A stretch of DNA of 63,938 bases, the filler included, from Basidioascus undulatus (taxonomy: Eukaryota), in the NCBI GenBank assembly GCA_000826855.1. It is 5 parts of 5 records of this genome, joined end to end, with 100 filler letters (N's around TTAATTAATTAA, not from the genome) between each part and the next. Parts side by side here need not be neighbours in the genome. Positions count along the whole stretch, not along the records: positions 13,216 to 26,321 come from JTLS01000843.1; 4 more parts are not named here. One strand, 5' to 3'. The translations under genes were made by a program, and so were the position numbers. This document shows, piece by piece, positions 13,216-26,421 of this stretch. The notes beneath the pieces are model-generated. The model searched no databases. It saw nothing but the letters and a program-made list of their open reading frames with translations, and was not told where the DNA came from. How positions within the stretch are numbered: position 1 is the stretch's first letter; each line of letters opens with the position of its first letter.

Positions 13216-14282
13216 GCTCGCCCACATCGTACCATCCCTTACACCTGCCCTTTTACCCTATAATCTCTCACCACCCCCACGCCCAATCCGGTCGCGGTCG
13301 CGGCGATGCGCCTCGTGCTGCGGCGGCGCTTATGGGGGGTGGTGCAGGCACGGGGTTCGCGGGCGTGCGCGTGCGGGGGTGGTCCGGGATGGGGGTGAAT
13401 ATGGGGAGGACGAATGATAAGGTTGTGCGTGTGGGCGAGGACGATGCGGAGTGGGTGATGAGGAGGGGCCGGGAGTGGGAGTGGGAAGGGGAGCAGAGCA
13501 AGGAGAGCAGAAAGGAGAGCCGCTTTGGGTTGGGCGGCGAGTCGGGCGTGATTTTGTACAGGGACACGAATAATGGCATTCTGGATGGGGGTCGAAACCC
13601 ATCTCACACGCCTGAATCTTCATAGCAGCCAAAGTTCTCAGCTCACAATACAGATCGACAAGAAAAAGGAATGGACGCACTCAAAGCTCCCCCTAACCCC
13701 TCCATAAGGGGCCGGCACTGCGGCAGCCCGCCCGACCCGTGAAGTCGGCTCTACACAGCCAGCAGCAGGCTACCACTATTCCGCTCAACGCATGTAATGT
13801 ACAGAAAAAGTTTGAGATATGTGAGATAGCCGAGCAAGCTAGGGAACGACGACGACGGCTGGCTGATGGGAAGATGCCGAAACGAGTGGTCGCTCGTCCT
13901 GCACCTCGCTGTGACGGTTATTGCAACGACTGCAGCGACCGCACTGATATTTCTCTGCCGAAAAACCGAGCATACAACGTTTTGTACAGACAGTTCTGAT
14001 GAATGATGGCGAATATCCCGAATGAATAAGTCTTTCAAAGCCTCTAAGCCTTTCAAGCCGCCTGCAGTAATCTGCACACCCTTCACAATGGGAAGCGGCC
14101 ATACATGCAGTGTCTCATTGATTGCACTACTCCTCTACCTCTTTCCAATAATCATGCTCCTCCTTTCAATACCTATCACCCCGAACGCCCCATCCAACGC
14201 CCGCCAGTCCAGCACCACAACGCCCCCCGACCGCAGTGTGCCAATCAGCGCGCACGGCAACGGACTTGAGTGATAGCGACAA

Positions 14283-14800
14283 TCCGGTCCCGGTCCGTCC
14301 CCCCTACAGTGGTCTATGTCTGGTCCAGTCCTGGCTCTAAATGTCGGTTCTCAGTCCCGTCCAGGACTGGACCAGGACGGACCGGGACGATATCAGTCCT
14401 CCAGCATACTTTGTTGGGGGCTTTTAAAGATGTGCTCGGGTGTTCTTCAGGTCGGAGTGCGCCTATTTCTAACTCTTTTAATAATAAAAAATTCTGGAAG
14501 TCCAATGAAGAGGAGAGTTTGGGAAAGACCAAGGCTTAGGCTGCCATGTGACAAGTGTCAGCGCCGGGAAGATAGCTGGCAGAGCTGTTGTCTGAAATGC
14601 ACCTTTTTCTGAAGCTGTACCAGATGGGATAGCTTATGCAATGGTTTACTTTCTCTGTGTGCTGTTGTCTTTTCGGTAGGGTTTCGGGAAGGCAGAATAT
14701 TCCATGAGGCAGGATCATCAACCGTCCCGTCCCGTCCTCCTCATCTACCATCAGGCCTCGGTCCAGTTCTCTCGTGGTCCTTGTCCAGTCCGTACCAATC
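14283..14800. repeat. Clusters of short GGTCC/GTCC/GGAC motifs, possibly DNA-transposon subterminal repeats
   Basis: 14283-14400 (ccggtcccggtccgtcc...cagtcccgtccaggactggaccaggacggaccgggac) and 14722-14800 (ccgtcccgtcccgtcc...ggtccttgtccagtccgtacc). No transposase or matching second end was recognised. Confidence 0.4.
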
Positions 14801-17800
14801 CAAGGCCGAATACGGCAGTTCAGGACCGGCTCGAGCCAGGACCTTGACTATTACTACAGCAACTCCGCCCAGATCCAAGTCGGCGGAGCTGCGTGTCGAG
14901 GTATACGGGGATGCCGAAACTAGCGGTGAGAAGAAGATGCGAGTTGGGCTCTAGCCCTGCACAAGCGCTACAGTGCAAAGCGGCTCCACGGGGCGGGTGA
15001 TGATGGTGCAGTTGGGTTCGACACCACCCCCCGGCCTCGTGCGCGAGGCAGCAGTATCCCTGCCTCCCACCGTCCCGCATAACTTCACGCAGAGAACGGC
15101 CCAAAACATGCTCAGGCGCAACTGAAGTCTCTCTAAGAGCCTTACAGTCAAGAGGCTCGGTGTACGCGCAAGCCACTGCAAGCCAGCGACCAGCATCGCC
15201 GCATGCACACGCAGTACGCGCCAGTCGCACAAGCAATCGATGTTCTTCAGCTGTTTCGTACAGTGGTGCAAAAGAGGTGGTGGTGTACAGAATAAGAAGC
15301 CCAAAAATATGGATAGTGTGCGCAGAAGCGCAATCGCAGAATCGCACCAGGACAACAGAGTAGCAGGGCAGCAGAGCAGGAGCGCAGACCTAGGAGCGCT
15401 GACCAGAGCGCGCAGGCAGCGCAACATTCAGTACCTGGTGCGGAGAAGAAGTTCAAAGGGAGGAAGATGGCTGAAGTATTGAAGTAGAAAACGGACGTAG
15501 CCTTAGAGATGTTTTCCGGCCTGCGGTTTACAATGCTGCCGGTGTCGGCTTGTCTGAAAGCCCGCCTCGCAGCGTCAGCCATCGGTCTCAAACGAGTTGC
15601 AGACGTAGAATCACAAGGACGAACATGCGGATCTTGAACGTCTCCGTCCTTGGGTAGTAGAGGATATCGATGATGGTGCCCATGGCCCACGAAGAGCCCT
15701 GGATGGGAAAGTTGGAGTCCGTCAACACAGCCAGGGATGGGGAAGGTGAACAGTGAAACGGATCAACGTGCCTGCTTGAAGTAGACCCGGTCCCCGCTAA
15801 CCCAACTGCCCCATCAGAACTCCTCAATTTCCGAGACAAGGAGACCCTCCCATTCGTACATAAGGATTGGGTTGGGACCAAAGTCGTACTGACGTCCACT
15901 TCCTCCCAGTCAGCCCCGCCAAGCAGCCGAACAGCGTGTTCAACGTACGCCCTGCTGCGCCATATAGGGAGCATACGAGTGGTGGGAGTTGTCGGAAGGC
16001 ATGGCGTGTGCGCTATAGACGATGAGCTATAGGTTTGAGTAGCGTTTGGTATTAAGAGAACACGAGGTGGCGACTGTGGTTCAAAATCAAAATGTGTCCC
16101 GCGCGGTATTTGAGGGAACGCATCGGGGGCAGTATTGCGCATGCTTTGGATCTTCATTGACAACAATAAGTTATCCCATGATATGGATACGGAATGAACT
16201 GATTAAATGTCAGCCGTGCTTGGCCGTTTGTCGCATTCGCATAAGCGTTGCATACCTGCCCCAAAAGCTGCCTGGGAAGCGAACAACAGAAGGGAGGAGA
16301 AGACACGCCGATCGCTGTCACGAGGAAACTGCCTCGATGCTCCGCCGAAGACAGGGACCGGCGTCCTCCAAACGGCTCCCGTCGCGGACCGGTGCACCAC
16401 ACGCCGCACTGCCTGCGGCAGATACCCCAAAGCGAAACAATTAGGATTCCTTAAAGTACTGGGGTCTCCAGAGTGGCCCTGTAAGAGAGGAGCCATACTT
16501 CGCAAATTATATGCCAGTCAATGCCAAAATGGAGATAATGAATGGACTTTTAGTTTCGGTCGGACGACGCCTGTCAACCCCTAGATCGTTATACAGACCT
16601 TGGTTCCATTAGATTTGGGCTGCAGTTGACAATCTTGCGCAAAAAGATGCGACGTCGGCTGATTCCGACAAAAAGTTACATCGCGTAACTGGAACTTGTA
16701 CTTCAGCTGGAGAGTACTGACGGCCACACGTCGAGGGCCGATCGTCTTCACAACTACGGCCTCTGTTGCATCAGAGAGGAAACAAGCATTAGTAGGGAGT
16801 TGCAGTCATGAGTTACAGGCTGACGATAGAATGACTGAGTATGTACAGGAGAAGGCACAATGATGGTCGCCGCAAAGTCCAGTGTTGATCCAGCTTTCAG
16901 ACTGTTCACGCAGAACAAGAGACAATATATATGAGTAGCTGGCGATCGTTCTGTGCCATACGCCTAAAAAGTGAATGTACATAAGCAAACGGTCATGGGA
17001 AACAACGTCGAGAGCCCCAACTTTCAGAAACCGGTCAAGGTAGGAGAATCGCATGGAGGATGGAAAGAGCCACGAAACAATGGGCAGGACCGTGGATGGG
17101 ATGTTCCGCCGCGTATTAGTGCTTGATTAGGATATAGGTCGGCCTTATCCCAATCCCCTCGATCAGACTCAAACCCGTGCTGAGGGAACTCAAGAACGGA
17201 CTACATACACGGTCTCGATCTCCCCGGAGTCCCTTCGGCTGTGTCCCCTTCCTGCTTAGCTACCGCGAAACCAACAAGTCCGGACGTCGACGCGGAACGC
17301 CGCACACTTGGATTTTCCAGACGTTCGTGCTACGGAAAAACAGGATGTCCTATCCACAATCATCTAAGCTTTCATGAGGACAAATTGTGAGGGCAAGCGA
17401 GTTGGCGCACCACTACAACGCCGTAGACCGCGACCAGCGGCTCTCCCGCTGCGTACTCGACCCTGTCCCCGCTGCTCATTATACCACGTCAGGAGAAGAT
17501 GCCTCCTAAAAGTACAGATCAAGTTTCCCACATCATGATCGGGTGTGGGCCGAGTCGGTCGGGACTGAGGAACTATAGCGGCCTGTCAGCTTTGACAGGA
17601 CAGCGTAGCGGCCCACGTGTTACATCGTCCCGCCTGCTCACCTGGGGGTTGGCCGCAAGCGAGATAATGTCGTCGTTTGAGGACACTGGCTGCGAAGACA
17701 TTTGGAGAGATGGAACCGCAAGATGGTTGTGAGAAACAAGAAGCAGGAGAGCTTGAGGTCTTTGAATTTGCTGCAACGGACTACACCCGAACGGATTGTT

Positions 17801-20699
17801 AACCACATGGAGCTTCTCGAGAGTCACCCATCCCTCCGCTCGGACCGATGGGTTGTTTGGGCAACTCGTCCCAATTAACCCTTCACTAATGACACGCGGT
17901 GCGCATACTTTCTGGCTGCCGTGCGTCCAAATTGGCGTTCCTGAATATTAGTTCAAATTCCCCGCCTGGCGGCAGAGCGTTCGTGGGTTGGCTACGATCA
18001 ACGGACTTTCGCGGACAGGTGCATGGGGGGAAGAGACGGGGAAAGATGTGGTGGAATGCAGCCGACTGTCGGCAAAGCATACAAGACTGCAGAAGATATA
18101 GGGGAATAACAGGGATAGACGATATGGACTCGTCCGTTGGGCAGACGTTATATCTTCGGATAGGCAAGTGGCCTTCTGTGGCTCTGCACACTTGTTCGCC
18201 TGAGTGAATGCGCGGCGATAAGCTTCACAGGGTGTATACATTATTATGTATACATTAGGGTACGAAAGTGAGGAAAAGGACCCCAAGTGGTTTGTTTCGA
18301 TGGAGATCGCCAGGGCAATTCACAGCATTGCACAGCAAGGTGCACGGTCGGTGTCTTTGTCTTCATTAGCTCCGCCTCCGAGTTTCAGGACCTTGGTCAC
18401 CGACTTCATCCAAGTATCAGTCCCGCATATACCCCCATAAGTGCGCATTATCTTTCAGGTACACAGGCTGCAGATCACCACTCCTCCCTTTTGCCACCTG
18501 TAAAACGGTAATTTCCCCAGAAGCGTGAATGCTGTCCCAAAGGTGAAGACCCTCCCAAGCCCTTGACGGCCCTTACCACTTGCAGTCCTTCAAGAAGTTA
18601 ATCAATTTACCACTTATTAGCTCTAAGACTATGATAGTACCAGGAAGAGGCGATGGATCGTGTAGACCAGTGAACAAAACTGGTCACCCACGTCGTGCAG
18701 CAAAATAAGCATTGTGAAGAAACAGAACCTCTCTGGGGACCTACCTGAGATATTTCATGCCTTCATGAGGTTCTCCGGCCGTCTATACTGGCCAGCCTGT
18801 GAGCACTCGGGCCCTTTTGGCAAGGAGCCCCCCTCTTTCCGCTTCCTTCGCATTTTTCTCCAGTCGGAGACAAACATGCGGTGGTACAAGCGGCAGGTGG
18901 CACGCTTGGAGCAGTGGGCCATGTGGCCGAATAGACCGCAGCAGGGCATGCTCGGAGTGGACATGGACGAGTTGGACAGTTCAAGCGATTCGGATGGGAT
19001 CAAGATTACAGATGCGATGTGGGACTTCGGTGTGCCTGAACGAGCAGGGGCAAGGACCGCATCGCACACTGACGTTTCCTGACTTTCTACGCGGTTCAGA
19101 TTGGCATTTTCCGGGGTACACGTCCACCTTTTGCGACGTCCAGCAGGCGCTGTTCGAAGCGGTCCAGTCTGGCGAGGCGCAGCGCGTCTTTCGCGTCGTT
19201 CCGGCAAGGGCGGACCTTCAGGGCATTTTCGCGGGGACGGGTCATGGTCCGTCGTGCTCTACTCTGCTTCTCACTTCTTAATAGCTAAGCCTTATCATTG
19301 GATCTCCGTAGGCGGCGACTATTCGCTTGAGGACGGTTTGCGATTCATGCAGAAACGCGGCGTTCTGTCCAACGCACTGTTTTACTACCCTGTCGGTTGC
19401 TCTTCCCTTCCTTTTCTGTCATACCTCTCAAGCTGAGCTGACTGAAAGAGAACTCTCTCACACCAACATGTCCGCTCTCGCCTATCCTGGCCACGTGGAG
19501 CTGCCGTCCTACCCCCTCGGTCCTCGGTCCTCGTTCTATCACCACCATTTCCTTTTCCGCGTCGTTCCTGTTCTTGATTTGTTGCTTGTTAATTCTCAAG
19601 TTCACCTGGTAGCCCTGACGGTATATCTCATATGCTTCGCTCTCGTCTGCTCCGAACTTTCCACTCTCCTCTCTTGGTTCTGTTTTCACCACAGCCGTGA
19701 CCGTATTCGCCTTGTCAACTTGTTTTCCGAGTACCATTGGTCTCCCCGTAGCATGTCCTCGAACATGAATACCGCCAAGCTTCAAATGCTCCCACCCGCT
19801 TGCCCTGCTTCACCTGTTTGAAACTACCATCAGCCTGGTTGAGGCTAAGCATATCGAAAGCGGCTGGTTCAAAAGAGATCCATCTGTGTGTCAGGATTCT
19901 CTGCCACCCATGGCAATGCATTGACGCGCCATATTCCTGCCATACTTGCAGCAGCTTCACCAGAGGTCATGTCACTTCTGAGAACGTCAATCTAACCTTC
20001 CTTCCCTCTGACAAATGGAAGAAGTCCGCAACATATGAGATCCTCAAACTGAACTATGGCAGGTTTTAGATGACCCTCTTGTGTCGCTGGCGCTGACGGC
20101 ACAGTACAGCAGCGCGGAATAGCGGAAAATCAGGTGTCTAGGGTCAACGTAAGACAGGGAAAAGCAAAGACTAATTGTATGTAACATCGCTATGTAAGAA
20201 TACGGGTCTCAGCTTGCCGCTTTCAGAACCTTCCATCGGATGAGCGGCACAGCAAAAATCAGCCGGGCGTTCGTCCGTTTGTGCAGCTGCGGTATGCTGC
20301 TCCCTGGCCACCCACCGCCACCATCACACCCTCCCGGCCCCTGCTGACCCCTCCCAATAACACCTCGAAACCCCCAGCATGACAACCCATTTTAACTCTG
20401 GGGCCAGGGGAAGGTACCCAGTTGCTTGCCAGATGGCCAGATGTCTTGAAGCTGGCCCCCAAGAGAGGCCCCAAGTTCAACTTGTGTGGGCAATGCAAGC
20501 AGGGTGCGCCTACATACCCTTTACCTCACCAACCTTCAAAACCGACACAGAGCGCTTTCTTGAGACTCACTGGAATATCCTGTCTGTCTCCAAGCTTCCT
20601 ATTGTTCTGTCGACTGTCAGCACGCGGATTGGCTGACGCACAAGGCCTCATGACGGTTGCAGTACCATTCATCCCACCATCCATGAAACTTTATGGTTC

Positions 20700-23600
20700 T
20701 AGAAACATGCCTATGGAGATATTATGAGCCTGAAGTACTTACAAGCCAGCCTCCCAGACCCGCTGCTCGCCACTCGGTATGCTTCCTGTCGCTCGGACGT
20801 GAAATCAGCCCTGCGCATGTTGGAGCCAGATTTCAGGAATTTTTTGGTACTGAAGGGCCTAATATCCTGTTCAAAAATCGCTCTTTCGAAAACATTCTGC
20901 CATCCGAAGCGGTTCATATCCCTGCCGAGTGTTTGTTTGCAGCAAGGTTAGATAGACTGCCCCGCGTTCCCTGGGCGCATGGTGCCGCCGGCTGAGGGTG
21001 AGAAAACGCTTTTGGATCGTGTTTTTAGGGCCTAAAATCTCTTGGTGCGGGGAGTTTCAGGCTTCAGCAACGTGACACAGTGAGGCAGCGTGAGATGCAG
21101 CGCTGGGCGCTGCTTGTTGAAACAATGTCGTGGCCTGGAGAGGTTAGCTTGGAGGTCGCGAGTGATGATCTGTGCCATACGTTGCTTGAACAGGTGTTCG
21201 AAACCTCAACCAGATGAGTGTTGTCCGTCTCGTGTTTCCCTGCGCCAAGCCCCTACCTACCGCACCCCGCAATCCCTCATCGTGTTTGCCTTTCCCCCAG
21301 TCATGCAGTTTCCCCTAGGGTTTTTCTTTAACTTCCCGGATAAAGTGAGTACCTTCGCTCTGGGAAGGCGGAGATGAAGAAGTTGATTCTGTGAGGTGCC
21401 TGTGTCTATGCTTGGGCCTTTCGCCGTCAGGGGTGGAGTTACACACCTTCTTCCGTCTGCCCGTGAAAGCTGGGCCTTTCTCTTTGGTTCAAAGATTGGG
21501 GAGCACGACATGACAAAAACGCCCAAGGTGAACATAAGCCTTGCAGCCGGAACGGCCCTGATCGCAAGTGCAATGGACGCGGCTGAGGCCTCCACGCATG
21601 AAGTTGGTGCCTGTCGCATTGGCTTTTCATTGACCTTAGAAGATGTCCTGTCCCTCACCACGTCAGATGACTATGCCCCAAGCTACAAAGCTGAGGCTCC
21701 GCCGAGGCTGTAAAGCTCACACTAAGCATCTACCCGTGACAAGAAAGCCCAGACACGATGCACCTATCCCTGACGTCTCTATTGATAAGCATTCACAGGA
21801 AAAGTGGTCGTTCTGCATCCGCCAAGCATGGCGAGAGCACTCCGAACGTCCGCAGGAGGCCTGGGAAGACAGCCTGTACAACACGGTTGTGTATGACCGT
21901 TCCCTCGAGCTTTATGACAACTTTGAGTGTGACTGGGTCCAGAGATTTTTGACTGTGTCTCACGCTCCCATCGGAAGCAGGAAGCCTGCGACGGCCCTCA
22001 ACCCCGTCGTCCTTGTTCCCGCTCCGATCCCTCTCCCCGCCTTGCAGGCCACGCTCCCCTCGGCGTAGAGACAAGGATGTATATGCGGATGTGCCGGTCT
22101 TCGTTGACTGTTCCTGGGACGGGTTAGGAGACCTGGCTCCTCGTCCTTCTAAATTACTAAGCATGCAGTCTGGCAGATCCCGGCTAGATGGACTGGATGC
22201 CGCAGTACACAGCTCGGTAGCGACAGCGAGTCAGAGGACTTGAACCTGTACTCAACTTCTTCTCCTTCCGATGCGGAGGATTCGAGGCTTTCTCCTGAGG
22301 GGACGATACATCTGACGATCTTTCTCATCTTCCAGTCTTATGGACCTCCTGCAAATGCCCACGGTTCTCTGGCGGCCTACAGGTAGGGTCCTCCAAGATC
22401 GCAAGGACGTCGGCCAACTTGATTGTGACACCACGCAAACCGCAGAACACAACGCCCAGAGACCTATGTGCGTTCACCGAGGGATCAGACCAACACGACC
22501 AACTAATGGGCCCGGTCCTTACGGACTTACATTAAAGTGACTGCGCGTGCCCCAAGACCCCTGTATCGCTCCCAGCGCTCAACTTCGGCGGTGCGTGACC
22601 TCCAGAGGAAGGTTCCTCGCCCAATCAAGATTGATGTCTTTGTCAACAGTCTTCCCTGCAGAGCTCTCGTGGACTTCGGGGCTGAAGCAGACCTGCTGTC
22701 CACGCGGCTGTCGTACATCCCAAAGAGGAAGGACTTCCCACTGGCGCAACAGATGATGCTGGATTTGGCACTTCCAGGATCGGAAGGAAAGGTAATATTT
22801 GGGACCTATGCATTGTTTGAGTATGAGAACATGCGTTGCAAGCGCTACTTCGACGTCGTAACGGGGCTGGTGACTGCGATGTGATTCTCGGACGCCTGCC
22901 ATCTACCAGTTCGGCATGATTGCTTCTTTGCATCCTCGGCGCCTCAATATTTCTCACGAAAAGCCTCAACCTATCGTGGGTCCTCAGTTGACCACATTCC
23001 CTTCAATCAGCGTAGTCCGGCTTGGAGCCGGATTAGACGAGCTCCGACGCCAGCTGCTGGAAGCCGCAGGCCAGCTTGTTCAGACTCCCCCTACCACCCT
23101 GCCCCAGCTCCGGGAAGTAAATCACCGGATTCCCCAAAGCGATAAAGGGAAACACTAGGTGTGCCCGCATAGACGAGTCAAATGCAACAATGCGGATAAG
23201 CCGCTGTTTCATAACAAGCTTCGAAGACAGTCGCTGGATCCCGGTGCAAAGTACCAATGCATCTCCCATGCTGGTGATCAGCTAAGAAGCCCTCCTCAGA
23301 CAGAAAACGCCGCATTTGCACTGCCATTGATCTGCGTGAGAATATTGTTAACACCTATAAAATGGCCACGCCTCTCCACCATAGATGTTGGTAAAAACCC
23401 CAGCTGCGGAACGGTCCTAGCTCAAGATTCGGGTTCCGAGATTCCGGAGGGCGAGAACACAATCATCAGTTCCGGAGACGGAGACGGAATCCGATAACTT
23501 GGGCACATCTTCTCTCGAGGCGCTGATCGCGCTGTCAACCCTGGGATTCAGTCTTTCACGAGAAGCCCAGACAGGCTACAAGGGAGATGAATTTTTCTCT

Positions 23601-24260
23601 AAGGTTTTAAAGCATCCTGAGAAGTTTAGGATATCCATTTAAAGAGAACCTCATCTTCCGAAAGTCTGGTGAAGAAGAGCCCGCGGTTCTTTGCATTCCC
23701 AGCGGCCTATTCGGAGGGCGAAAGGTGCGTGAGATCTTGATTGATCAAGCGCACAATGCATTGGCACACATGGGCTTCCGGAAGACACTCATATTTTTGC
23801 GTGAATACTTTTGGTCGCCTCGCATGGCCATTGACGTCAGGGCATTCTGCTGCTCGGCACCAAGTTGCTTCGCTCTTCCCCCTTCTACCTCAATTACGGC
23901 CAGATCCCGCATCTCCCTCTATGGACTTCCGATGCTTCTCCGTTTTTTGGCGTCGTAAAGTTTGGCGAGCAAATGAAGAAAGCCATTACCATCCCTCACG
24001 ACGCCATCATAGAGGCTGGCGTCAAGCGTCTACTTACAAGTCCCGCCGGGCGGCTCCATTTTCCAAGGGACAATGGGTGTACCTATCGACCAAGAATCTT
24101 TCTCTCCCAAAAAGAAAGGCGTGAAATCTGGTTCCTAGACTTATCGGCCCCCTCCAAATCCTGGAAAAGCTGTGCGACGAGGAGCAGACGTTTAAGGAGT
24201 TCTGCCTCGTTGTTGACCTCGTGGCCAATGACCGAGGGAGTGTAGCCTTGAACCGGCTTT
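20700..24260 (+). mobile_element. Degenerate Ty3/Gypsy LTR retrotransposon relic (boundaries approximate)
   Basis: Protease-like PIKIDVFVNSLPCRALVDFGAEADLLS (about 22620), LPQLREVNHRIP (about 23100), RT N-terminal remnant RICTAIDLRENIVNT (about 23310), integrase zinc-binding AHNALAHMGFRKTLIFLREYFWSPRMAIDVRAFC (about 23750), SPFYLNYG and GQWVYLSTKNLSLPK (about 24070). Many stops and frameshifts. Confidence 0.85.
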
Positions 24261-25205
24261 TGCGGCGTGACGGCTTTGGCTATCACGGTTACCTTTCCCT
24301 TGCCCTTGTCCTTGGGCAGGGGATGGATTTTACGGCTCTCAAGCTCAGACTCAACAGGAACTTATGAACGCAGGCAGACGGCGAGGATGGAGCATCAGAT
24401 TCATGCAATGAAGACGACTCCGGAGCGAGGGCAGCCTGCTTCTGAGCAAGCTTGGGGAAGAACTTGGGCGAGGTGAAAGGCAAACTGGTAGTCTGACGAG
24501 TATTGTCAGTAGGACTTTCGTCCTCGACCTTTCGGCCCGAGCTTTCGCCCTAGGGATAGGGTTGCAAGACGCGTCCGCCTTCCCGCTCACAGCCGCCTGG
24601 TCTTCCTCCGAGGAAAAGAAAGGCGCACCGGAATGCGTACTGCCCTTCTTGGCACTGAACTAGCGAGAGCGACATCTTGTCGTGCTTCCAGGGGTAGAGA
24701 GAGGAAGTACTCGGATAATCAGTCCGGGTACCAAGGGGCAGGCAGGTGTTTAACTCCAAGAAATTATAACGCTCGGATGAGCGCACAGCGGTTTGACTTA
24801 GCTGGAAACGGAAGACATGCGCACGCAGTCGCAAGTCGAGTGTCCAACAAGGTATTATAGCGTGGCGAGTCGGCTCATAGGTCGAGAGCTACGAGAGAGA
24901 GGAAAAGGATTAAGTGGTGAAAACAGGAACCGAACCGGACAGACACAACTATAAGAGGAGACCGAGAGAGAAACGACGGGACCGAGCGAAAATCGACTAG
25001 GGAGTTGCTGTCAGTTTGGAACAGATGCGAAGACGAAGGGACGGTGCTTAGGCGCACCTCACATAAACCCTCCTACGTCAGCACGGATGCAATCGCTCGC
25101 GCTCAGGTCGCGTTGCGCGCTGCTCCCTTCGCCTTCTCCACCAACCTCATTAATCTCAACGCCTCCTCCTCCCCACCCAGCCTTAACACTCGCACCACCG
25201 CCAGC

Positions 25206-26321
25206 ATGTCCACCACCTCTCCGCTCACCAGCGCCCCTCCCACCCTCGCAGCTGCGCTCAGTGCGTCCCTCCCCTCCTCTCCTCCCCCGCGTCTTCCTCC
25301 ACTGACTGATGCTGGGCTGGGCGGGTAGACGATTGCGAGATCCAGTTGGAATAGTGCGCTTTTTCTTGGGATGGTAGTGGTGTGGAATGGGAGCTGATGG
25401 GGCAGGTGGGTGTTGGGATTGGGGTGGGGGAAAAAGCGCCTCCCTCCGCACGCCGCCGCACTGCCCTTTGGGCATGTACGTCCTCCCCTCGCCGGGGGAT
25501 ATCAGGACGTGGCAGTGCGTTATCTTTGTTCGGCAGGGTGCGCTTCCTCATTCTCTTGTTACTTGCCCCATCTCCGTCCCCCATCCCCCATCCCGTTCAC
25601 TCTCCCGGCTCTCCTGTCCCGGACCATCAGCGAACCGAGAGCTGAACCCTCGCGGCCCGCTCCCCAGGCTACTACGCCTCCCTAACAGCGCGCTTCCTCC
25701 TCCTCCTGCCAACCACCTACCCCTCGCACGGCAGCCGCCCCGAAATCTTCTTCCACACGGACGTCTTCCACCCGCTTATCGACCCCAGTAGCGGGAAGTT
25801 CAACTTGGCGAAGGAGTTTCGGGAGTGGGTGTGCGTGCCTTCTCTTCCCGTTTCCCTTTCCCCCTTCCTGGCGCTCTCCCTGTTCCTCGTCTCCCTCTGC
25901 GGCCTTGCTAGAGCGAGTCCGCGGGTTTGCTGATTGTGTGAAAGGGGAGGGCAGGCCAAGGAAGAACTATATCTTCCAGGTGCGCTCCTTACCCTCCTTC
26001 CTCATCCCATTCCCCCCGCCTCCCATAGCGGCCTTCCTGATTGGATTTCGTTCACAGGTCCTGCACTACATTAAGCGCTCATTTAAGCATGCCCTCCTTT
26101 CGACCCTCTCCGAAAAGGACGCGTTCAACCGCGAGGCTCTGCGGATGTGCGTCCTTTCTCTTGCCCTTTCGCCCTTCCTTCCTCTCCATCGACTGTCCAC
26201 CCCTCTCTGTCCCCCCTTCTCCCCATTTCATTCATCCGGCCTTCTGCCACGCCCTGCCCCGTCCTCCTCCCATCCTTGTCCTTCTCCCACTTCCTCTTCC
26301 CCTTGTCCTTCGCCTTCCCAT
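25206..26321 (+). CDS. AKTIP/FTS (crossbronx-like) ubiquitin-conjugating enzyme variant; 3' end cut by the contig end
   Basis: HCPLGMYVLPSPGDIRTWQCVIFVRQG|YYASLTARFLLLLPTTYP...EIFFHTDVFHPLIDP...KFNLAKEFREW|RPRKNYIFQ|VLHYIKRSF gives a UBC fold lacking the catalytic Cys. Confidence 0.8.
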
Positions 26322-26421
26322 NNNNNNNNNNNNNNNNNNNNNNNNNNNNNNNNNNNNNNNNNNNNTTAATTAATTAANNNNNNNNNNNNNNNNNNNNNNN
26401 NNNNNNNNNNNNNNNNNNNNN
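26322..26421. other. Artificial contig linker
   Basis: N44-TTAATTAATTAA-N44. Confidence 0.99.

Noticed and set aside
24860..25063. Possible solo LTR starting TGTGAGG on the minus strand, sharing GTTTTCACCAC with about 19680
   Set aside because: No paired LTR, PBS, PPT or target-site duplication could be established by eye.
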